A DNA stretch of 24,185 bases from Candidatus Shapirobacteria bacterium (GTDB taxonomy: Bacteria; Patescibacteriota; Microgenomatia; UBA12405). The notes under the pieces were generated by a model. The model was given only the letters and a program-made list of their open reading frames with translations. It did no database searches and had not been told where the DNA came from. Location of the stretch: assembly GCA_020056515.1 (NCBI GenBank), contig JAGVHP010000034.1:1-24185 (forward strand). The letters run 5' to 3'. This document shows positions 1 through 8,881 of the stretch, one piece after another. Each line of letters starts with the position of its first letter. Position 1 is the stretch's first letter. A program made the translations under genes and the position numbers.

Positions 1-1307
1 GAGGCAAATTCCCGGCCATAAGCTAAATTAAATTTAATCGTATTGTTAAACATAATCGGCTCCTGGGGAACAACAGCCATGAGACTCCGAAGATAAGACT
101 TGGTCAGGCGACAGATATCAACTCCATCGAATTCGATAATACCGGCAGTAGCGTCGTAAAATCGGAGAAGTAATTTAATCAGAGTGGTTTTACCGGCACC
201 GGAGCGGCCGACAAAGGCCACTTTTTCACCCGAGGCGATGGTTAAATTAATATCATCAAGAACCTTGTCCGGTGAACCGGGATAAGCAAAAGCCACAGAA
301 CGAAAAGTTAGAGCTCCAACCGGGTGCTTGATGGTAACAGGCATAGCCGGATCTTTGACAATAATGTCGTTGTCAAGAATACCAAAATATTTTTCCAGAT
401 CGGTGAGGTTTTTGGCAATATCACGAATCCGGAAAAATAAATTAAAAAATTGATAATAAAAACCGGTAATGAAACCGGAAACCATAACCAGATCTCCCAA
501 AGTGAAAGATGGCCCGAGTTTGGTGAGGGATAGGTAGAGAATAAAAAGCATTCCTAAACCGGCAGAAGTACCGATACCAACATCCATTAAACGGAAAGAA
601 TTGCTGAAACCCCAAAATTTTTTTGTCCAATCAATAAAGCTGTGGTCGAGACGACGGGATTCTTTGGTCTCGGCGGCAAAAAATTTTACGGTCTCAAAAT
701 TAATAATGGAATCAGTGATAATGCCGGAAATATCATCGTCGGCGTCATTAAAACGACTACGGTGAATAAGATTTACTTTGACCAGCCAAAGGATTAGAAG
801 GAGGTTACCGATAAATAAAAGTAAGAGGGCAAGGGCTAAATCAGGTGAAGTGCGATATAAAAAAGTGAGAGTGACCAAAAGGGCAATTAAGATCCGATAT
901 AATTCATGAAAGAGACTGACGAAGACGGCGTAGATAGCAGAGTCACCACGGCGGAAAGCGCTAATGAGTGAACCGGTACTTTTGTTGACATGATAGGCAA
1001 AATCAAGTTCCAGCATTTTTTCATAGACTGTCTGACGAATACGGCGGGCCATGGGGATCATAACTCCATCACCCCAATAATAGGACCAGGCGGAAATTAA
1101 ATTACCGCCTATAGTGGAAAGGCCGAAGAGAAGAAGGTAAGGGAAAACTCCGGAAAGATGGGTGATAGTGATATTATCTAAAATCATTTTTAACCAATAG
1201 GGACGAATAGTTTCCAAGGCCACAGCAACAGTAGACACGACCAGAAATACGGTCATGCGCCGTTTATACTTACCCAAAAATCGGAGAAAATGAAAAAAGA
1301 GTTTCAC
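1..1307 (-). CDS. ABC transporter, fused permease + ATP-binding domain (exporter type); runs off the left edge
   Basis: Not in the ORF track because it is truncated. Manual translation from GTG at 1307 gives MKLFFHFLRFLGKYKRR..., hydrophobic segments, Walker A GEKVAFVGRSGAGKTT (~181-240) and Q-loop VVPQEP. Codons 3-1307 are in one frame at all segments checked. Confidence 0.93.
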   Translation of the reverse strand, partial: MKLFFHFLRFLGKYKRRMTVFLVVSTVAVALETIRPYWLKMILDNITITHLSGVFPYLLLFGLSTIGGNLISAWSYYWGDGVMIPMARRIRQTVYEKMLELDFAYHVNKSTGSLISAFRRGDSAIYAVFVSLFHELYRILIALLVTLTFLYRTSPDLALALLLLFIGNLLLILWLVKVNLIHRSRFNDADDDISGIITDSIINFETVKFFAAETKESRRLDHSFIDWTKKFWGFSNSFRLMDVGIGTSAGLGMLFILYLSLTKLGPSFTLGDLVMVSGFITGFYYQFFNLFFRIRDIAKNLTDLEKYFGILDNDIIVKDPAMPVTIKHPVGALTFRSVAFAYPGSPDKVLDDINLTIASGEKVAFVGRSGAGKTTLIKLLLRFYDATAGIIEFDGVDICRLTKSYLRSLMAVVPQEPIMFNNTIKFNLAYGREFA

Positions 1308-1373
1308 GGTAGGATTATTTTACAAGAAAACATTGGGAAAAACAGGGAGAAAATGGCATGATATGATTTTTAT

Positions 1374-1835
1374 ATGAAAAATCACGGGGTGAACGTAACG
1401 GTTAGGTTGGTGGTAATCAAAAATAATAAATTGTTAACCGAATATACTAAAGAGAAGGATTTCTTCTTTTATATTGGTGGCCACATGGAACACAATGAAA
1501 CAATGCTGGAAGCGTGCCTGCGAGAAACAAGGGAAGAATGCGGAGAGGAAGTGGAATTCAAGTTTCAAAAAGTTTTGTATATCCGTGATTTTATTTGGAC
1601 GGAGGGCGATGATCACTGTGTGGAAATTTTTGTTTTGGGGGATATTAATAAATTTGAGGAAATTGAACACCGGTTTGACCTGGAAAAAGAACCGGGAACC
1701 CATTGGTTGACATGGCTGCCAATAGACAAATTACCGGAAAATTTATTACCACATTCACTGACCCAAAAACTGGTGGTTGATTACAGGGCCGGTTTTCCCA
1801 AAGAAGGAGAATATGTGGGGAAAATGGATAAATAA
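1374..1835 (+). CDS. NUDIX hydrolase
   Basis: Nudix box GGHMEHNETMLEACLRETREECG (GX5EX7REUXEEXG). Confidence 0.9.
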   Translation: MKNHGVNVTVRLVVIKNNKLLTEYTKEKDFFFYIGGHMEHNETMLEACLRETREECGEEVEFKFQKVLYIRDFIWTEGDDHCVEIFVLGDINKFEEIEHRFDLEKEPGTHWLTWLPIDKLPENLLPHSLTQKLVVDYRAGFPKEGEYVGKMDK

Positions 1836-1840
1836 CTAAA

Positions 1841-2603
1841 TTATTGACAATGTAGTTCGAGACGGTGAGTTTTGGACTTACCTAAGTTTAAATCAGTTTG
1901 ACGATTCATTAAGGATTGGCCGTCGAAAATAACGTCTTTATATTCGGAGGGAAGGGAAAACTGACGGCTAAAACCGACTGAAGTAAGAGTAACTGAACCC
2001 GGCGACAGGGAAACAGATAGAGGAAGAGTCGGGATAGAAAGAGTGTCACTACCACCACTGGCAATAGTCGAGTCGGGCAATTTTAGACCAGGGAGAGAGA
2101 CCGCCTTTTCGGTCAGGGGCGGAATGGGTCGACAACCAAAGTTGGAAATGGTAATTGAAGTAGTTTTGGTGTCTATTAATTTGACACCGACAACAACGAC
2201 GGCGGCAGCAACAGTAACTAAACCAAGCGGGCCTTTGAGGGTAGTTAAAATTTTGGCGGTACCGACAGCGGAAGTGGTTTGGAGGGCCTGAAGACGGCCA
2301 ATTTCCGATTTGAAATCTTTAAGATTGGTAATTAAAAGGAGGATTAATTTTTTTGCGGTGCTTTTGAGTTTTAGTTTGTTCGGGTAAGTTTTGAGCTGAC
2401 AGTTCAACAACGGCACCTTCGCTGATTTTGTTGATTTTGGCAATAATTTCGATACTGGAACTTAAGTATTTTTCGGCCTTAGGGCTAATACCTTTGACCA
2501 GAGATAGTGCTTTTTCGACTTTGACGAGGGTGGTGGAATCTTCGCAGAGAAGCTCAGCGGCTAATTTTAGATTGGCTTTTTGGAAGTCTGACAGTTTTTT
2601 CAT
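1841..2603 (-). pseudogene. Hypothetical membrane-anchored protein (~253 aa if repaired), interrupted by a +1 frameshift in an A7 run
   Basis: ORF 2319..2603 (MKKLSDFQ...KHRKK) and ORF 1841..2443 (KKLILLLITNLKD...) overlap at CGC-AAAAAAA-TTA (plus strand T7, 2348-2354). Removing one A joins them (762 nt). ATG 2603 has TAAAAT 6 nt upstream. Confidence 0.7.
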
Positions 2604-2646
2604 AAGAGTATTTTAGCGAAAAAAGATAGGAATGCTAGAATAGGCA

Positions 2647-3522
2647 ATGCTTTGGCAAACATATTTGTTGATTTCCTCGGTTTTGGGAATTGTCCGGGAC
2701 TCGTTTACTAAAAAAATCACCCAAAAGATTGATCCACTGGTAGCGCTTTTTTATTTCTATATAACAGCTATCGGGGCCGCGACCCTGATTGCTTTTTATC
2801 AGTATCATGTCAATCCATTTTTACTGGATACCACCCATGGGTTGGCGCGGTTGTTTGGAGTGAGTTTTGGAATCGGAGTGTACGGCATGTTTAGCGCCAT
2901 AAAAATTAGCCTAACTAAAACCCAAACTTTTGCCAATTATCGGAATTTAATATCGATTATTTTGGCATATCTGGTGCTGGGTGAAATTCGTCAAGTGAAC
3001 GTTTATACGATATTGTCTCTGGTTATTTTTGTTTTGTCTTTGGTGTTGCCAAGTGTGTTCAACAAACAAAATGTGGAGGAAAAAAAGACCTCAAAAGAAT
3101 GGACATTGTGGATGATATTAAATATCGTGTTTATTGGTTCGGGATTATTTTTCGTCAAATTATTTACCAAAACGCTTTTACCAATTGACGTTTTGGTCAA
3201 TCAATATTTAGGAAGTTTTACAATAATTACCCTGATTATCGTAGTACGAAAAATATCTATAAAGGTAGTAGATTTGGCAATTTTACGGCTGACTTTGGTT
3301 AACGGAGTGATTACGGCTTTTTCACTATTTTTTCTATACCAGGCGATTGCTATGAGTCAAGTGTCAGTGATTACCCAGGTGGATAATTTTGTCCGGACTA
3401 TTTTTATCGCTCCAATCGGACTATTGGTCTTTAAGGAACATAAGGCCATGAAAAAGATGGACTATATTTCGCTGATATTGGCTCTAATCGGGGCTTTTTT
3501 GTTGATGTTTTTGGTGAAGTAA
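2647..3522 (+). CDS. EamA/DMT-family membrane transporter
   Basis: 291 aa, about 10 hydrophobic segments in two repeats; ends of both repeats are DMT-like (ILAYLVLGE; IGLLVFKE). Confidence 0.8.
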   Translation: MLWQTYLLISSVLGIVRDSFTKKITQKIDPLVALFYFYITAIGAATLIAFYQYHVNPFLLDTTHGLARLFGVSFGIGVYGMFSAIKISLTKTQTFANYRNLISIILAYLVLGEIRQVNVYTILSLVIFVLSLVLPSVFNKQNVEEKKTSKEWTLWMILNIVFIGSGLFFVKLFTKTLLPIDVLVNQYLGSFTIITLIIVVRKISIKVVDLAILRLTLVNGVITAFSLFFLYQAIAMSQVSVITQVDNFVRTIFIAPIGLLVFKEHKAMKKMDYISLILALIGAFLLMFLVK

Positions 3523-3996
3523 TGAAATTGACTTGGCCCATTTTTGGGTAGCAATAACCTTGTTTTGGGTATCGGATTTTAGTGGTTCTAAAAAGTCGAT
3601 CTCTCCCAAAATGGTGTTGCCAATTAACTCTTTCCTCATGTTGTTTAGGGTCTGACCGGGATTACCGCCATGAGTGCAAAAAACGGCGACTTTTTTGTCA
3701 GTTATAGAGATTGTGGAAAAGAAAGAATTTAGCGGTGGGGTAAAATTCCAGGCCCAAACCGGAGTGCCGATAAAAATTAGGTCGTAGTTAGAAACTTTTT
3801 TTATAAAAGGAAGTAGGTTGGGTTTTTTCTTCATAATTACTTGTCCCCCACCCCATAAATATTTCATAAACCCGGATTTCATTATTTCTTTTTGGGGTTT
3901 TAATTCCAAAGTATCGGCTCCGATTTCTTTAGCGATAGTGTTGGCAATTAGGGCAGTATTTCCGGAAAGGGAATAGTAAACAACCAAAATCTTCAT
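3484..3996 (-). CDS. Flavodoxin-family protein
   Basis: MKILVVYYSLSGNTALIA FMN-phosphate loop, YDLIFIGTPVW and VAVFCTHGG; overlaps the end of the convergent EamA gene by 39 nt. Confidence 0.9.
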   Translation of the reverse strand: MKILVVYYSLSGNTALIANTIAKEIGADTLELKPQKEIMKSGFMKYLWGGGQVIMKKKPNLLPFIKKVSNYDLIFIGTPVWAWNFTPPLNSFFSTISITDKKVAVFCTHGGNPGQTLNNMRKELIGNTILGEIDFLEPLKSDTQNKVIATQKWAKSISLLHQKHQQKSPD

Positions 3997-4019
3997 ACCT
4001 ATATATTAACTCATTACAC

Positions 4020-5443
4020 CTAATGCAGCTGGTTTTCTATGGCTTCAAGGATGCAATCGGCTTCTTCCCGGGTCATATCGGCACAAGGGGCCAGCCGGAT
4101 GGAAATATCTCCGGCAGTCAGAAAAATAATATGTTCGTTTTCGATCATGCGTTTTTTGAAGGCATCTCGAGTCTCGGAATTTACAAAACTCCAGGCCAGA
4201 TAGCCGGCATCGGATCTCCCCCGGGCATTGGTTAAAAGATGAGGGTATTTCTTTACCATTTTTTGCATAGCGGCGAGAATATGTTGAGTAATATCAATGG
4301 CATTTTTATATAATTTTTTCTGCAATACGGTTTGAACAATGGCATATCCAGTGGCCATCTGACTGATGTGGCCAGTCCAGGTGCCACCAAGCCTTTTGGG
4401 GCCATGGGTATCAACCCAATTATTTTCAAAGCCACGATTGAGTTTGGTAAAGTCGCGAACCATAGTGCCATTGACGTGAAAAATCTTGCCAAAAGTGATG
4501 ATGTCGGCAAACTTCAATACCTCTTTCGCAAAGGGCGATACAAAATTACCATCTATTGTCCAGGCGCGGCCGCCCATTTGAACACAATCGGCTACCAGCA
4601 CCTTGCCATACTTTTGACACAAATCATGAAGATAAGAAAAAGTTTGCGGATTGATTATACGAGCCCCGCCTTCGGCCTGCATGGGACATTCGGATACTAT
4701 ATAGGCAAAATTGTCATTTTTCAATTTTTCCTCAACCTCTCTCACCGATTGCTCAAAAACTTCTTGGGTTTTTTTTCGTCAACGTTACCTGAAGTGTCGT
4801 ATTGTAAAATTGGGGCGGTAACATGGACAGTTCGGCCGGTATGTTTGTGACCTACTTTGTCAATATTAGCCGTACCTTCGGCACCATGGCCATAGCGTCC
4901 GTGAAAGGCGCCCTCGAAGGCAATTCCTTTTAATTCTCGAGGCTCCTTTTTTAATTTATCAGCGACTTGGCCAATGGCAATTTCCATGGCATCATCGGTA
5001 GCTAACCCGCCGGCGCTAACTGGTAAAATCTTGTGAGCATCCGACCAAAAACTTTTCATCATGTCTACAAAAGCGGCTTCGATTGACATTTTGTCTTCAG
5101 TGGGGGTGCGATCTTCCTGGGCCAATTTACCGATTAACTCCAAATAGGCAGGACTTCGTAATTGTTCGTGTTTTTCGGCGTCCAGAAGATCGGTCATCCA
5201 ACTAAAAGTGGCATCCAAATAAGTTCCCTTGGTGGTAAAAAGGTAAGGACCATGTGACTTAATAAGGTCGACGGCACCGATGTCATAGCGGCCGCTGGGG
5301 TGAGAAAAATGTTCAAGATAGTCGGGGTCGTCTCGGAGGAGAGCTTCCCCTTGGGTAAACATTTGGGACAATAATGGAGAGGGGGTTCCGGTTAACTGGG
5401 GGTAGGTGGCGGGCTTGAAGAGTGGTGTTATTGATTTGGTCAT
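4020..5443 (-). pseudogene. Class III PLP-dependent aminotransferase (lysine-6-/GABA-aminotransferase-like), split into ORFs 4742..5443 and 4020..4745 by a frameshift in an A8 run
   Basis: The N-half has AFEGAFHGR. The C-half has ECPMQAEGG, ADCVQMG (DEVQTG-like), PLP lysine in TFGK and RLGGTW. Real start ATG 5443 (MTKSITP); the longer track ORF runs through a tRNA. One extra A at 4769-4776 fuses the halves. Confidence 0.8.
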
Positions 5444-5552
5444 ATTTCTTACAATAATAATGGTGAGGAGATTATAAATCTTTTTATTTAATACAGCACC
5501 TTGTTGACCTTCTTTTTCAAAATATACACACAAATCAATTGAGAAGAATAAG

Positions 5553-5637
5553 CGGAGAAGGCGAGATTCGAACTCGCGAGGCCTTTTGGGCCGCAGACTT
5601 TCCAGGTCTGTGCAATGAACCACTATGCGACTTCTCC
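5553..5637 (-). tRNA. tRNA-Ser(GGA)
   Basis: Acceptor GGAGAAG/CTTCTCC, anticodon arm CAGAC-CT-GGA-AA-GTCTG, long variable arm, TTCGAAT T-loop, discriminator G; no encoded CCA. Confidence 0.96.
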
Positions 5638-5650
5638 AATTGAAATCTTC

Positions 5651-6088
5651 CTATTTTACCAAACTTGCTTCAAAACCAAGTTTTTTTATTATCACGGCAT
5701 TAAGCCGGAGAAAAGCTTCTTTGCTGACATAGCGGATTTTGCACGTTCCTAATGGGTTAGGTTTGTATTTCGAAGTTTTGGCTTTAAGGATGATTGTTTT
5801 ATGAAAATTTTCCGGAGAAATATTAGTGGTATTTGACCAAAATATTTTGAGTTTTTCCTTGTCCATATCCGGATATAAAAACAATTCACTTTTTAGTCTT
5901 TTCTCATCAATTTTTATGATTTTTCTTAAAAACTCCAAAAATAGTTTTACTAAAACAGGCTCTGAATTTGTAAACTCAATCGCATATAAAAAAGTATTTC
6001 CATTGGGATATCTTGTATCTTTTCGCAATTTAGTGCCTTCGCATTTGTATAGGACGGCACCTGCTAATTCCAAACCAGAAGTGTTCAT
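5651..6088 (-). CDS. LAGLIDADG-like (homing-endonuclease-fold) protein, single domain without N-terminal HTH
   Basis: LAGAVLYKCEG helix followed by IEFTNSEPVLVKLFL, FWS and GTCKIRY; aligns by eye over ~120 aa with 8882..9571. The fold call comes from motif recognition, not an HMM. Confidence 0.65.
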   Translation of the reverse strand: MNTSGLELAGAVLYKCEGTKLRKDTRYPNGNTFLYAIEFTNSEPVLVKLFLEFLRKIIKIDEKRLKSELFLYPDMDKEKLKIFWSNTTNISPENFHKTIILKAKTSKYKPNPLGTCKIRYVSKEAFLRLNAVIIKKLGFEASLVK

Positions 6089-6585
6089 CTCGATTTATTG
6101 GTTTTTAATAAAGAATTGAGTTTGGAGGTAGCCTTTTTTAAAAGAATTTTTTCAGAAGAATAGCTAAGTTTTTTTAAGGCTTCTTCGAGAGGTAGCCACT
6201 CACGCTTTAAAACAACTTCCCGATCAGAATAATTTAGGTCACTATCTTTTTGATATTCCATTAGGAAAAAGGTAACTTTTTTGATGATTTTGGAGCCGGA
6301 GTTTTTGTCCCAAAGAACATAGTCATTGGAACCAATTTTGGCAACGATTTTACCATTAACCCCCCCTTCTTCTTCGACTTCACGGAGAGCGGCAGGTTTA
6401 AGGGATTCATTGGAGAGGAGATGGCCTTTGGGAAATTTGTAGGCAGTTTTGTGGCCGACTCCACCAAGGCGGGAAAGAGATTTTTTGGTTAAAGTTTTAA
6501 TAAGCAGCCAACGGATTTGATTATCAATTAAGCGGTAAACAATACCGCCAGCGGAACGTTCGTCGTAGTTATTTTGGTCTTCCAT
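6085..6585 (-). CDS. NUDIX hydrolase (Ap4A-hydrolase-like)
   Basis: ERSAGGIVYR start, FPKGHLLSNESLKPAALREVEEEGG Nudix box and KKVTFFLM. Confidence 0.9.
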   Translation of the reverse strand: MEDQNNYDERSAGGIVYRLIDNQIRWLLIKTLTKKSLSRLGGVGHKTAYKFPKGHLLSNESLKPAALREVEEEGGVNGKIVAKIGSNDYVLWDKNSGSKIIKKVTFFLMEYQKDSDLNYSDREVVLKREWLPLEEALKKLSYSSEKILLKKATSKLNSLLKTNKSR

Positions 6586-6589
6586 ATAG

Positions 6590-6661
6590 TGTTCCCGGCG
6601 GGAGTCGAACCCGCATCGCTCCCTTCGGAGGGGAGAATCCTATCCATTTGACGACGGAAAC
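6590..6661 (-). tRNA. tRNA-Arg(CCG)
   Basis: Acceptor GTTTCCG/CGGGAAC, anticodon arm CTCCC-CT-CCG-AA-GGGAG, T arm GCGGG-TTCGACT-CCCGC; 72 nt. Confidence 0.96.
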
Positions 6662-6682
6662 GTATCTATATTATACGACGAC

Positions 6683-6696
6683 TGAAGTCGACTTCA
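6683..6696. promoter_or_regulatory. Perfect 14-bp palindrome TGAAGTCGACTTCA between divergent promoters; candidate operator
   Basis: Seen directly; lies between a minus-strand TATAAT (6670-6675) and a plus-strand TAAAAT (6720-6725). Function is inferred. Confidence 0.45.
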
Positions 6697-6731
6697 CTAG
6701 ATTTAGGCAAAATTTAGACTAAAATACGGTT

Positions 6732-7421
6732 ATGAAAACAGAAACTGATTTGCATCCGGTTCAGTTTGAGATACTAAAATTCCTGTTGTTTAAACGTGCC
6801 AGTCAATTTTCACAACTAAATACTTTGGATTTGCCAACAGATCATTTTAATTTCCACCTAAAAGCTCTGGTGACAAAAGGGTTGGTTGATAAAAGGGGTA
6901 CTAAATATGATCTAACAACCAAAGGAAAAGAATTTGGTAACAGGTTGGATACTGATGGAGTCGGAATTGAAAGACAGGCTAAGGTAACAACTTTGATAGT
7001 CTGTATAGACAAAGACAAATATTTGATTCAACAGCGATTAAAGCAACCCTATTTTGGATATTATGGATTTTTCGGCGGGAAAATAAAATATGGGGATACG
7101 CCACTGGAAACGGTGATAAGAGAATTAAAAGATGAGACGGGGTTAACGGCTAAGAAGATGACGTTGGTGGTCTTGAAACACAAGATGGACTATTCGAAAA
7201 CAGGAGAACTTTTAGAAGATAAATACTTTTTTATTTTTAGGGCTGAAGGAATAAAAAGAAAGTTAATTAAAGAGTTTGAGGGAGGTAAAAACCTGTGGTT
7301 AACCAAAGAGGAAATATTAAAATTACCAAATTTGTTTGATGGGGTGGATACAACTCTGGCGACTATCGGTCAAAAACAGTTTAATTATATTGAGAAAAAA
7401 TATAAAGTTTTGGGATTTTGA
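6732..7421 (+). CDS. Winged-HTH + NUDIX fusion protein (probable regulator)
   Basis: N-terminal ArsR-like wHTH (HFNFHLKALVTKGLVDK...YDLTTKG); C-terminal degenerate Nudix box GGKIKYGDTPLETVIRELKDETG. Confidence 0.8.
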   Translation: MKTETDLHPVQFEILKFLLFKRASQFSQLNTLDLPTDHFNFHLKALVTKGLVDKRGTKYDLTTKGKEFGNRLDTDGVGIERQAKVTTLIVCIDKDKYLIQQRLKQPYFGYYGFFGGKIKYGDTPLETVIRELKDETGLTAKKMTLVVLKHKMDYSKTGELLEDKYFFIFRAEGIKRKLIKEFEGGKNLWLTKEEILKLPNLFDGVDTTLATIGQKQFNYIEKKYKVLGF

Positions 7422-7428
7422 GATGATT

Positions 7429-8109
7429 CTAAAACTTGCCGGTACCAAAAATGAGACAGGTGGCTAATCCATTGACCCCGACTCCGACATAATTCCACCG
7501 GGAGTTTAGTTGATTATCATTGTGGGGTTTGTCACCGGCGTACATCCATTCAATCAGGTGGACTCCGATTAGTTTATATCCGTAACTAATGTTTTCTCCC
7601 AAGGTATTGAAACCGAGTTTATTGAAACCATCCTGATTTAGGACAAAATCATTAAAGCCCTGATGTTGATCGACAGTTTTTTTACTATTTATATAAACGG
7701 CCCTTGATTGAGCATAATTAGTCAGTTTTTCATCCAAGATTAAAATTTGCGACCCATGAACCTGACGGTATTCATTGAGAGCTTTAAGAATTTCTTCGGG
7801 GGTGGCCATGGTGGCATCTTGGTTGAGCCGGATAGTCCAAGTATGATCGCCGATTTGTTTTGATACTCCCCATGGGCCGGAATCGGCGAGTGTGGGGATG
7901 GAAATGCGGGTTGGGATAGGACTGATCCGATTGATAATCTTGATAGTGGGGGTAACTTGATGGAGGGTTGGTGCCGGGGGTGAAGGTACTAAACTAATGA
8001 GGGGAGAAATGGGGGTGGGGGCGGACGGAGGATTATTTGGTTTGGGAAAAAATACGCCGGATAGCCAGGAGGATATAAAGACGATAATTAATGAAAGATA
8101 TTTAACCAC
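7429..8109 (-). CDS. Secreted CAP/SCP-domain protein with Pro/Thr-rich linker
   Basis: N-terminal hydrophobic signal/anchor, PT-rich stalk, LNEYRQVHG, GENI, HNDNQL and VGVGV. Confidence 0.85.
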   Translation of the reverse strand: MVKYLSLIIVFISSWLSGVFFPKPNNPPSAPTPISPLISLVPSPPAPTLHQVTPTIKIINRISPIPTRISIPTLADSGPWGVSKQIGDHTWTIRLNQDATMATPEEILKALNEYRQVHGSQILILDEKLTNYAQSRAVYINSKKTVDQHQGFNDFVLNQDGFNKLGFNTLGENISYGYKLIGVHLIEWMYAGDKPHNDNQLNSRWNYVGVGVNGLATCLIFGTGKF

Positions 8110-8183
8110 TTACATATTTTAATGGATAGCAGCTGAAGAAATGGGGCAATTTTGGTTAATTAGTTGATATACTAGCCTGTATT

Positions 8184-8269
8184 GGAAGGGTGCGGCGAAT
8201 GGTAAGCCACGGGTTTGCTAAACCCGCGTCAGAAATGGCATGAGGGTTCGACTCCCTCCCCTTCCGCCA
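8184..8269 (+). tRNA. tRNA-Ser(GCT)
   Basis: Acceptor GGAAGGG/CCCTTCC, anticodon arm CGGGT-TT-GCT-AA-ACCCG, long variable arm, encoded GCCA end. Confidence 0.94.
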
Positions 8270-8296
8270 ATTGATAAAACTTGCTAAGATGAAGTA

Positions 8297-8818
8297 ATGC
8301 CACAAGAGGAAATAGAAGATTTACGGGAAGAAAAAATACTGTTTGAATGGACGGCGCCGGAGAGAGCATTTCAGAGACGGGATCGGGATTTTTGGATTAC
8401 GGCGGTGGCAATTTTGGTGCTGGTAGGAGTGATATTAATATTTATTAAAGAATTTTTCTTAATTATCGCCTTGGGTTCAATACTGTTTTTGTACTATGTG
8501 ATGTCAACAGTAGAACCAGCTAATATTAAAAATAAATTAACCAATCGGGGAGTGTATTTTGGTGAAGCTAGATATGAATGGATTGATTTACGGCGTTTTT
8601 GGTTTAAAAAAAGTTTATCGAGCCAAATGCTGGCGATTGAGACCAATTTGCGGTTTCCCAGACAAATAGCACTGGTAATAAAAAGTGAGGATCAGGAAAA
8701 AATAAAAGGGATAGTAATTAAAAGAATTCCATTGTTGGAAGAGTCACCGACTTTTGTGGATAGATTGGCCAAGAGAATGGCGACGATGTTGCCACTGGAA
8801 GACAGGAAAAAAAATTGA
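8297..8818 (+). CDS. Conserved hypothetical membrane protein (two TM helices + soluble C-terminal domain)
   Basis: 173-aa ORF with LFEWTAPER motif, a hydrophobic hairpin and a leaderless-type TGcTAAGAT promoter. Confidence 0.75.
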   Translation: MPQEEIEDLREEKILFEWTAPERAFQRRDRDFWITAVAILVLVGVILIFIKEFFLIIALGSILFLYYVMSTVEPANIKNKLTNRGVYFGEARYEWIDLRRFWFKKSLSSQMLAIETNLRFPRQIALVIKSEDQEKIKGIVIKRIPLLEESPTFVDRLAKRMATMLPLEDRKKN

Positions 8819-8843
8819 CATAGATTGGTATTTGGACTAAAGT
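8815..8843 (+). promoter_or_regulatory. Sigma70-type promoter TTGACA-N17-TAAAGT upstream of the HTH-LAGLIDADG ORF and tRNA pair
   Basis: Consensus -35 at 8815-8820, 17-nt spacer, -10 at 8838-8843. Confidence 0.6.
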
Positions 8844-8881
8844 ATAGTTACTACACCTGATACTCTGGGGTTTGAATAAAT

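Noticed and set aside
2355-2443. MPKSTKSAK... start of ORF 1841..2443
   Set aside because: It is an out-of-frame reading of the real N-terminal half upstream of the A7 frameshift
5444-5623. 60-aa N-terminal extension of the aminotransferase ORF in the track
   Set aside because: It runs through tRNA-Ser(GGA) and its trailer; enzyme-like sequence starts at ATG 5443
8132-8137. GCTGAA half-site upstream of the CAP gene as a member of the two-component regulon
   Set aside because: There is no second half-site at 11-bp spacing, and the distance to the -10 differs from the two good boxes
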